Shown here one piece after another: positions 22,583 to 31,564 of a DNA stretch of 34,396 nucleotides. This DNA comes from Rozella allomycis CSF55 (taxonomy: Eukaryota). Where the stretch lies: positions 1 through 34,396 of the forward strand of contig KE561110.1 of the NCBI GenBank assembly GCA_000442015.1, read 5' to 3'. The position numbers and the translations under genes were made by a program. The notes beneath the pieces were generated by a model. The model saw nothing but the letters and a program-made list of their open reading frames with translations, had not been told where the DNA came from and did not search any database. The number at the start of each line of letters is the position of its first letter. The stretch's first letter is position 1.

Positions 22583-25500
22583 ATGAAATCTTTGGTATTC
22601 TTTTGTATTCTCTTGATCTCTATTGTTTGTTTTGATATTAAACAACATATAAGAGAGGATAATGTTGAAAAGGTTCGTCAAATAGTTGATAATGCCAGCT
22701 ACTATGAAAAGCGTCGTTACTTGACTTCTGAAATTTTAAGTTCTTGTTTTTCCAACTCAAATGAAGCTAAAATGAAAATATTTAACTATTTGTTGGAAAG
22801 TGTTGATAAAGTTGGCAAACTTGATAAAGTCTTGATTGAAAATAACTTTCGAATATTGTATGATTTGAATAACAGAATATTAATGGATAAAGAACCCACT
22901 GGTCTGTGTCAAATCAGCAGTACTTTGACAAGTCGGTTTGCTTCGTCCCGGGATGTTCAGCAAGCATTAAGCCAATATGTTCTTCGTGTAGCGAAAAGAG
23001 ACTTATCAGTCGATACTGTTGGCATTCTAGTTTTGCCGATTATAAAATCTGTTCAAAAATGCTATCAGGCTAATATTGGAATGAAGTTAGTGGAAGAGAA
23101 TTGGTTATTAATGATACAAAATATTATTGAAGAAGAGAAAAATAGTGAGTTTGTGTATTCAATGATAGAATTTGTTGTTTTGACTAAGAAAGAGAACGAG
23201 TTGTTTGATGAAGAGTTTGCGATAACATTGATTGAGTCCAGGCATAGAAGTTTCTATATTCTGCATTTTCTTAAAATTGTGGAATATTTTTCACTTGAAA
23301 AGAGTTTTGGCGCATTGTTAGGCGTGCCTGAATTAAGAAAAGCGGTTGAAGAGGAAAAATTTGAAGAATTTGACAAAATTCAAAGATTATTGAAACGAAT
23401 TGGAATTGAAAAGCAAATTGCGTCTTTTGATAATTTCATTCTAGCCCGTGAAGCATCTAAAAAGAATAATCTAGATTTTCTTAAAATTCTTCTTGAATGG
23501 GATTATGTAAATTCGCTGGCTTCTGAAAAGTACGAAATAATCAAAAATGCTTTTGAAGATAAGAGATTACTGAATTATATTTGTGAAAATCCTTCATTGC
23601 CCACTGTGATTATGAAGAGCCAAATTTCCAAAGAAAATAAAGTTTTCCGATTTTTACTTGAAAACTGTAAGGTTGATGATATAGCACTTGGAAATATCAT
23701 GGACTTAATTATCAAAAACAATGATCTAGCAATTTACGAAATTTTCAAATCTGTTGAAGTGGGGAAAAGATTTATAAATGAGAATTTTCACACTTACATT
23801 CTCATGTCGGCTTCCAAAGAAAAATTAATGTTCTTTTATGACCTGTTTATAATTAAAATGCACTTTTCTTTTACAATTGTGGAATCTGACTTTCAAATAT
23901 CTCTTAACAACGCTATTCTTAAATCTGATGATCCAATCAGTTTGTTAGGAATTGTCAGCAAATTTTATGGATTGAAAATTTATCCGATTTTTTTCAATTA
24001 TGATGATTATAACTTGGTCTATTCTCATATTTTAACATCCGAAGGAGATTCGCTATTGAAATCTTGGTTTATTAATGTTATTTGTCAAAAGGAAGAATCA
24101 ATAAATCATTTCATTTTTTCTGTTGACTCAAAGAAAGCTGCAATTCTTCATCAATTTATGGTTGATCAACAATATTACAAAGACAACAACAAATTTCCCT
24201 TATATGTCCGTATATTGTTTATGGACAAGAAAGGATTTGAATATCTCTTTGACAAGGATCAAATATTCTTTTTGGAATTTTATCAATCCACCTATAAAAA
24301 TCATTTGGATGATGCAATGAACTCAATTACTAAATTGAGAAATGAAGATAACGTTTATGTATGGGTAAAGGAATATTCTCGAGATTTCAAAAATCATCTT
24401 TCATATCATACTTTGAAAGCATTTGCTGAAATAAGCTCTCAAATTCATAATGATGATGATTTTAATTCACAAATGGCCGATATTTTACAAAGTCATCTGG
24501 GGTTTATTAATCAGGGCGTGAAATGCATTGTTGAGCCTTTTAAGCAAGAAACACCAACTGAAGAAAATTCTTCTTATTATCCTGAGGTAGCGCAAGGGTT
24601 TAAAATTGGCCCAAAGTTGAAACGACAGCTATTAATTGATCACGAAATTAAATATTTAACAAATGCTTTCAAAGATCCTTCATCTTTCTGGAGACATTTG
24701 AATCATTTAAATGTGATCTATTCTGGTTTTATTGTTGTTGATGAATTGTTATATTTTATTAAATATCGTGATTTCATAAAAGGAGAATATTTAGCCAGTT
24801 GGATTGAAAGATTATTTGAAGTTTATCCACAACTGAAATCTGAAATTGCTAAGAGCAAAAATTTTCTTTCACTGCTTGAAAGTGATGATATTTCTATAGT
24901 TTTAAATCACATTTATGTTCATATAATTACTGATTTCTATGAATTTTTTACTTCGGTCAATAATTGTGATGACTCTGCACGTTTGTATAGTGACTGGGTA
25001 AGTATATTTCGAGCGTATCCAATCAAATTGAGATTAAATTCTGGATTTGGAAGCATGATCAATTTGGAATTATTTGCTGATGTGATAAGTTTGCGTTATC
25101 GTATGTTTTTCCCCTGTTCACAAGGGGATGATAAAGAATTTCTGACTTTCACTATATCGAGAATGAGAGCTGCCTTATTCGTTTCAGAGTACGAATTTTC
25201 AAAATTTAATCTAATTCGTGCGATTGAAAAGATTGAAAACAGTTTATCTTCAATCAATTTGAAATTTCATCCCTTTTTAAAAAGGGCTCTGAACCTTGTA
25301 AACGAAGATGATTTCTCATCTAAAATGTTCATCCTCTTGAAATTGGAATATCTTCAAAAAATCGATCAAAATGTTATTGAACCAAAAGTTGACTCCATAA
25401 TTTATGGCTGCGCATACTATTTTGACGTAGCTTTTCGTTATAACATCCGCGATTTCACTATATTCGACAAAAGCTATCCCTTACGTGAATTTAAAAAAAG

Positions 25501-25621
25501 TGTAGAAAGGTTTTTTTTTGAATATATGTGTGGTGGACGCTTCCATGATGCCATCTTTGCCGTGATACGTACACCAGGTGCTTTATCTAGATTTTTTCAA
25601 CAATGGCTTCCAGAAGCATGA
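22583..25621 (+). CDS. Large intronless secreted helical-repeat protein (~1012 aa) with degenerate ankyrin-like segments
   Basis: Signal peptide MKSLVFFCILLISIVCF; LAREASKKNNLDFLKILLE; 3-kb uninterrupted ORF; AATAAA after the stop. Confidence 0.85.
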   Translation: MKSLVFFCILLISIVCFDIKQHIREDNVEKVRQIVDNASYYEKRRYLTSEILSSCFSNSNEAKMKIFNYLLESVDKVGKLDKVLIENNFRILYDLNNRILMDKEPTGLCQISSTLTSRFASSRDVQQALSQYVLRVAKRDLSVDTVGILVLPIIKSVQKCYQANIGMKLVEENWLLMIQNIIEEEKNSEFVYSMIEFVVLTKKENELFDEEFAITLIESRHRSFYILHFLKIVEYFSLEKSFGALLGVPELRKAVEEEKFEEFDKIQRLLKRIGIEKQIASFDNFILAREASKKNNLDFLKILLEWDYVNSLASEKYEIIKNAFEDKRLLNYICENPSLPTVIMKSQISKENKVFRFLLENCKVDDIALGNIMDLIIKNNDLAIYEIFKSVEVGKRFINENFHTYILMSASKEKLMFFYDLFIIKMHFSFTIVESDFQISLNNAILKSDDPISLLGIVSKFYGLKIYPIFFNYDDYNLVYSHILTSEGDSLLKSWFINVICQKEESINHFIFSVDSKKAAILHQFMVDQQYYKDNNKFPLYVRILFMDKKGFEYLFDKDQIFFLEFYQSTYKNHLDDAMNSITKLRNEDNVYVWVKEYSRDFKNHLSYHTLKAFAEISSQIHNDDDFNSQMADILQSHLGFINQGVKCIVEPFKQETPTEENSSYYPEVAQGFKIGPKLKRQLLIDHEIKYLTNAFKDPSSFWRHLNHLNVIYSGFIVVDELLYFIKYRDFIKGEYLASWIERLFEVYPQLKSEIAKSKNFLSLLESDDISIVLNHIYVHIITDFYEFFTSVNNCDDSARLYSDWVSIFRAYPIKLRLNSGFGSMINLELFADVISLRYRMFFPCSQGDDKEFLTFTISRMRAALFVSEYEFSKFNLIRAIEKIENSLSSINLKFHPFLKRALNLVNEDDFSSKMFILLKLEYLQKIDQNVIEPKVDSIIYGCAYYFDVAFRYNIRDFTIFDKSYPLREFKKSVERFFFEYMCGGRFHDAIFAVIRTPGALSRFFQQWLPEA

Positions 25622-25784
25622 TAAATAAATTATATTTCACCTGATTTATCTATATTATTAATAAATACTTATCGCGTGCACAGGCGTGTGCGCAGGCGTC
25701 TAAAGTAGAATGCTTCTTTTAAATGAAGGCATGTGTCATACCTGACGAAATAAGGGTAATACGGACATTAATGTCCTAATAAGN

Positions 25785-27870
25785 ACCTCTTGCTTGCTGG
25801 TAGTTATATTCGTTGAAGTACTTGGTAAGTCGTCATCAATTACTAATGCAGGATTTGGCGAAATTGATTTTTGAGAATTTGGAAGAAAAGAAAATGGTTG
25901 TTGTGTAATTGATTCCATACGCAGTCGAAAGTAACCTTCCATGTCTGCCATTACTTTATCAATATCGTTCGGTGACGTAATAAATTTCTTTAAAGTTTCC
26001 AACGATTTTTCCTTTCCAGCAGGCTTCGCTTCAAAGTTACATGCAGCGTCAACCATGTCTTTGATGTTATTGTCAAGCCCGTTCGGTTTTATTCCGCAAT
26101 GTTGCTCAAGAAAAGTTGTTCCAATTGAAAGTAAATTAGTATCATCACGTCCTTTTCACACAAGACTCTTCCCAGCTGAAGATTCTGAACAAACGCTGGC
26201 TTCCATTTAGAAACACAACCCTCCACCGGCATTTCCATTTGTTTAGCAACCTCCAACAAATATGATGCGTCATTTTTGTACGACTTAGCAACAGCAATGT
26301 CTTTATGCCTTGCAAATTGCATTATTTTGTCAAATGTAGCACCACTCCAAACGGCCAATCAATAACCTGTTTTTGTACATGTATGAGTACCCCAAGGTCA
26401 ACTTCTTTTAAATAGCTCTCGGCAAATATTTTTAAATCTATATACGAATGCCTCATATGTTAACCAAGTTTGATATTGACCATCCTCTGGAGGATTTAAT
26501 AGCTCTTCACTGGAGGGAAACAAGTGACCTCCTCGGTGCTTTAACAAATAAAGGTAAACTTGTAAATGCAATATTGGACAAAACTCTGGATTTTCTTTAT
26601 CGGCCCACATCACCAATATTTGCGTGGACTTGTCTGTTTTAATGAATGGATGGATGGATGTCTTAAAAGATGAAAGTAAGATGAATTAAAACCAATCAAA
26701 TAGAGATTGAGGTAGAAACGAGTGTTTATTTACATTTTGTTGCTTCTTTTATCTTCTACTGTTTCCATGGATACTTCCCTTCTAGAACCTTCTAATAAAT
26801 TGTTTTCATATTCATTCTTCATAAACTTTTCTTCTTTAGTTTCTATTATTATAATTCCTTTGACTTCTTGGAGGTGTGCTAACACCTCATTAAGCTTTAC
26901 TTGAATTTTAGCTTCGTTAATTCCAGCTTCGTTAATCTCTTTGCCACCGAAGCTTATTCCAACATGTTTTTCCGTTTACTTTGACAGCAAGGGACTGAAT
27001 TATTCCATCTCGTATTATTGACAATGATCGGTCAAAACTTTCAATTGTTAACCCTGATGGAATTCTGATACTATGGTCATTTTTACAATCTCCTGTAGCT
27101 TCGTTACTCCTTAAAAAGAGTTTAATTGAAATTAACACTAAAACCCACAGCTGACAATCCTCAATATTATTTTTCGCTAACAAGGCGATTCTGATTCTCT
27201 GAAGTTCAAATTGTGTAAGAGCGCTATCACCTTCCGCAACATAATATTCGCCTTCTTTTGCAGATTTTCCCATAGCACTCTTAACAATTATATGCGTTGA
27301 CGGACAACCGTTTCGCCAAATGCACGGTTTGCCTCGATGAATAATGCAACCAAAGCCACGATTAGCAAAATCCTCATTCCAACAATCGATGGACGGCTCT
27401 GCATATTGCCCACCATTTCCTCGAAGAGTGTGTACCGACATGAACTGTTTAACATTTTTGGGATCATTCCAACCGCCACAGCACTGCACAGGTTTTCCAC
27501 AAACATCTATTACTTCATTTTGATTAATATCCTTTAAAATGGACCCTTTCATACCACGCTTGCTATTAATGTAATGGGCTACACTAGTAGCGTTGATTGA
27601 AGGGCAGAAAGGCGTTGGACAATGCTTATGCAACAACAAAAGACTCTCGTAATCACCAATTAGGGTTAAACACTCCGACAATCCCCGAAAATGCTTTTGA
27701 TAGGCAAGTTTGGTGCGCTTACTTATACCCCAATCATTTACTTGCTCCACTCTATTTTCTGACAGTTGTAAGCCCAAATAGTTTACAGTGTTTATAATGC
27801 CAAGATCTGCAGCGTCATGGTATTCTTTCGGCACAATTTTAGATTTTCTCACTTTTTGTTCACGGGGCAT
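25785..27870 (-). mobile_element. Crypton-like tyrosine-recombinase element, pseudogenised
   Basis: YR motifs LFLRSNE (R), VNGKT/DK (K), FCPILHL, GTHTCTKTGY (HxxR position reads T) and ARHKDIAVAKSY (H...Y). In-frame stops near 26360 and 26399, a frameshift, and an insertion at 26640-26964. Confidence 0.8.
26640..26964. mobile_element. ~325-bp insertion with target-site duplication (probable solo LTR)
   Basis: Flanked by TGTTT(T) at 26635 and 26965; one end is TCCAACA (TGTTGGA on minus). Removing it restores the recombinase frame GKT-DKS. Confidence 0.7.
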
Positions 27871-27942
27871 TCACAAAAAATTCACAGGGGTAGTCACAAA
27901 AATTCACGATTTATTTAGGAATTATTGGCTAAATTTATTCGG

Positions 27943-28010
27943 ATAAACCTTTTTATTCATCACAAAAGTTGGCAACTAGTAGGAACCCCTGTTGGCAACA
28001 TAGTTGCATG
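27943..28010. repeat. Copy of the subterminal repeat also found at 29855-29921
   Basis: ATAAACCTTTTTATT..CACAAAAGTTGGCAACTAGTAGGAACCCCTGTTGGCAACATAGTTGCATG is shared; cut by N28011. Confidence 0.85.
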
Positions 28011-28263
28011 NCATGGTCTACATTTATATATTTATCTAATTGTATGATATAATTTTTTTGACTTCATGCGAAATCCCCAATTTTCAAGAATGTACTTTAA
28101 TGATTCTTGTAAGGATTTCCTGAATACCAGGAAATTTCAAGAAAAATAGGTTTAGAAATGGAATTTATTTAACCATATCCGGTTGCATTGATTTGCAAAC
28201 AAGGCCACGGCAAGGGATTAGGCTTGTCGTTTCCTTTGGGCCGTCTCGGCTGCGAAAAGAAAA

Positions 28264-28893
28264 ATGGGCTTAGCCTTCCTAGAACAAATGGAAAAACTAT
28301 CATTTAAAGACTCAACAGGCGTCAAAAAGTCTCAAATTATACTTTTTGAAATACCTCTTAACGTAGATAAAATATTTTGAATGAATTTTAGTATGATCTC
28401 AAAGAACTCGAAGGTCAAAAGTTGGATCTAACATCTAATAAAAACAAAATGTTTTTAAATATCACTGAAAACAGTCTAGAAACTGAAACAAAGGCTTTNG
28501 AAAGAACTCGAAGGTCAAAAATTGGATTTAACATCTAATAAAAACAAGATGTTTTTAAATATCACTGAAAACAGTCTAGAAACTGAAACAAAGGCTTTAG
28601 TTCAAAGTGATAATGGTCTTTTGCAACTGAGTAAGAATATTGGACATTTTTAAAAAGAATCATTCAAGCATAGATTTAAAGTACTTGCTTCAAATGAACT
28701 TAAAGACATCGATTATCAATTTTATATAGAAAAGGGATTGAAAAAATTGGATACTCGTCCTTATACAAATTCCAATGTTCAGGGAAAACCGTTCGTACCC
28801 TTTGGTTCCCACTCTGTCGTACTTTCAAAAAAGAGAACTAAATCGGACCATGTTAAAGGCGAAAAAAAGTCAAAGAAATTGAAAACAAAATAA
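28264..28893 (+). CDS. RNA polymerase I subunit RPA34-like protein (two tiny introns at ~28363-28391 and ~28631-28657; assembly duplication around N28499)
   Basis: Spliced MGLAFLEQMEK...IILFEIPLNYDLKELEGQKLDL...KPFVPFGS plus a Lys-rich tail, matching the A34.5 pattern. Absent from the ORF track because of the introns. Confidence 0.55.
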
Positions 28894-28900
28894 AATATAT

Positions 28901-29422
28901 TTATGGTGTCTTTAAAAAGGCTGGCTTTGGTTCTAATTTTTCTATCGCATATGACACGGAGATTTTGGCCATGATTTTCCAATTTCTTTCCAAAAAATCT
29001 ATTAGCATTGATTCATTTGCCTTGCCAGCTTCTCGTAACACCCAACCGATTGCTTTATTTATTAAATCGTGGTCATCAAACACTCTGTCATTAATTTTCA
29101 GATCTTTGGGAGTATGAAAGAGAAAAAGTTCGAGTGCTTCAAACACAAACTTTGTGCATTCTTTTTTTAATGCTAGTAAAGACACAATCGCTATTCTCCA
29201 TTCCCAAAATTGATCAGAACTCAGCAAATCAGAGTACCAACTTGGTAACACCGCTTTAAGGTGCTGCAGTGATGTATCTTTTGGTGTGACCTTTGATTCC
29301 ATCTCAAGTACAAATTCGTCTAGCTCTTTTTTATGGTACAATAACAAAGCGGATCCTAAAATCTTATAACACCCAGTGTCTACCAAGTCCCAATTATTTA
29401 TTTGGGCGATATTTTGTTTGTA
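28901..29422 (-). CDS. AlkD-family DNA alkylation repair glycosylase (5' truncated at N29423)
   Basis: INNWDLVD, FWEWRIAIVS, DDHDLINKAIGWVLREAGK and VSYAIEKL. Confidence 0.88.
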   Translation of the reverse strand, partial: YKQNIAQINNWDLVDTGCYKILGSALLLYHKKELDEFVLEMESKVTPKDTSLQHLKAVLPSWYSDLLSSDQFWEWRIAIVSLLALKKECTKFVFEALELFLFHTPKDLKINDRVFDDHDLINKAIGWVLREAGKANESMLIDFLERNWKIMAKISVSYAIEKLEPKPAFLKTP

Positions 29423-29423
29423 N

Positions 29424-29971
29424 CAAAAATTGGAAAAGACAGGACATGCGAAGTGCTTAAGATGTGGTCACGCGGCCGGGGGTACATGTATAGACACTTT
29501 ATTAAAGAAGGGTTGGAATTTCCAGCAAAGCAAGTCAAACACTTGTTGCAGTGCTTGGACGACGATGGAAAACCAATTCCAGTATAGGAATTAAAGAGGT
29601 TACAGATCACTATTGAAACATCACGCGAGGCGGGGAAGCCACAGGTCATTACAACCCTCACCGCTAGCGATCAATATTCTCCCGTAACCTCCATCTGGAA
29701 AAAAATGTTCGATGTTGACACTGCTGTTGAGAAACTGAAACTTATGGATGAAAGCAACGAGCTGCCCGAAGGATGGGAATACGAAGATCAAGATCTTGAA
29801 GAAGATATGGACGCTGCATTCGACTCCGACTATGAGGAAGACAATGAATAATAAATAAACCTTTTTATTGACCACAAAAGTTGGCAACTAGTAGGAACCC
29901 CTGTTGGCAACATAGTTGCATGAGTTGCCAACTTTGACCCCCGGATGCAACCCGGGTTCCTGCCAACACTG
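29424..29971 (+). mobile_element. 3' end of an ORF followed by a putative DNA-transposon terminus
   Basis: ORF tail with one internal stop ends in an acidic tail and AATAAA at ~29850. A cluster of GTTG(G)CA inverted motifs follows, ending TGCCAACACTG (CAGTGTTGGCA on minus, hAT/P-like TIR start). Confidence 0.5.
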
Positions 29972-30166
29972 CTGATCAATCATAAATATAATATATTTCA
30001 CGTGAATCCACTAATTACTATTATTTTACACAATGACCATGTTTTGTCATGACTTATCTAATTCTGCTGTTTGAAACTTTTAAACAATGATATCCAAAAT
30101 TCATGTTTTAAACACCATAAAACATAATACTTGTCTTAAATGAAAGACATTTAAATTTCAAGAAAT

Positions 30167-30255
30167 ATGAGGCTCAGCCTTCCTAGAACAAATGGAAAAA
30201 TTATTATTTAAAGACTCAACAGGCGTCAAAAAGTCTCAAATTATACTTTTTGAAA
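30167..30255 (+). pseudogene. Second, diverged copy of the RPA34-like first exon, truncated by N
   Basis: Near-identical to 28264-28351, with a 1-nt insertion after the first ATG. Confidence 0.6.
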
Positions 30256-30616
30256 NTTATGGCTTGTGGGTGTGGCTTCAAAGCAAGACTTAGTTCCAGG
30301 CACAGCCACTACATGGGTTACTTTGATCCGATCCGCTGTTGTAAGCGGTAGAGCATACGAAGATAAGCAATCCTTCATTTTTCCTATGTTTGTTGTCAAA
30401 CCTTCCAAGCTCAGTGAGGTGCAAGAATTTGTTTCTACTTACTTGCATGTCAGAACTAATCCGATATTCAAAAGTTGGAGGCTCTGGAAGTACATGTGCA
30501 TAGGCAGTGCTTCTAAAAATTTTGGTTTTACAACATGTTGGGCATGAAACAGACTTGAACGCCACTTTACAATGAGGGTCACAGATGCAATCTAAATACC
30601 TTATAGAAAATTTGTN

Positions 30617-31410
30617 GTTTGTGGCCGGGGAGGGTGTGGGTGTATTTAATATTTAAATAAATTATTTAATATTGAAATAATTATTAATTTTTTTTAATAT
30701 AGCAACAACATTAAATATAAATTATACAATTGAATAAAATAGTATGTTTCGATTCGAACGATGGAAAACCAAGCCACTCATACAGCTTTGGAGCGCTCTC
30801 GAGACCCAGAATCAAAATAAAACCTTCTTTAAACCTCGAAATTTATATTTAATACTCATGAGTGGACACCTACTATCAGTTCTGGTAGTGAACAGCACAA
30901 CAGCAAGGTCGAAAACGTCCATTTGGATGCCCAAACGCAACGCTGCGCGTTTGTGCTCCTTATATCGTATAATTGCATTTAATCTTTGATATAAAAGACT
31001 ACATGGCAATGAAATTGCGATCTGACGCCTTTTGAATGAGTTGCAAATTAGAACGTCCATTTGGAGGCCCAAACGCTGCGCGTTTGTTCCCCTTATATCG
31101 TAAATTGCATATCATCTTTGATTTAAAAGAGTATATGGCAATGAAATTGCGATTGGGCGCCTTTTGAATGAGCTCCATATAGAACTTTAACGACTTTGTA
31201 CGCTCATTCCGAGCCAGATCAGCCATTTCTCGCTTCCATCTCCGTTGAAAGTTGTATATTAGGGTCTGCGTAATCGAACTATCTGATATATCTCTTGATC
31301 GGGTCCAAAAAATTGTAAGATCTAATGCGTACAAACAGACAGACAGACAGACAGACATGAGACGGCGACCCTGGTCCACGGGTTATTTGCTTATATATGA
31401 GTGTTAATGT
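30617..31410 (+). mobile_element. Non-autonomous Helentron/DINE-like element with internal tandem repeat
   Basis: Two ~135-bp tandem units (30914-31051 and 31052-31182), then GATCGGGTCC...ACAA(ACAG)5ACA microsatellite (~31331-31358), a short GC hairpin and TATATA. Confidence 0.5.
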
Positions 31411-31564
31411 GAGGTAAAAATGATGCTAACTCAAATCGAATTAAAGGTGTGTGAAGTCCGGGGCTCCCTCCCCGTCCGATAAATGTTGGTGGCTTGTGAA
31501 ATAAATAGAAGAAAAAAACTGTTGGTGGCTTGTGTGGCCGTTGCAAATTTTTTTATTCGTTGTA

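Noticed and set aside
25672..25780. GC-rich imperfect repeat (GCGTGCACAGGCGTGTGCGCAGGCGT) and GGACATTAATGTCC palindrome
   Set aside because: Too short and next to an N; may be a transposon end but cannot be supported.
30266..30547. 93-aa ORF between Ns
   Set aside because: Fragment with no recognisable motif; cannot be assigned.
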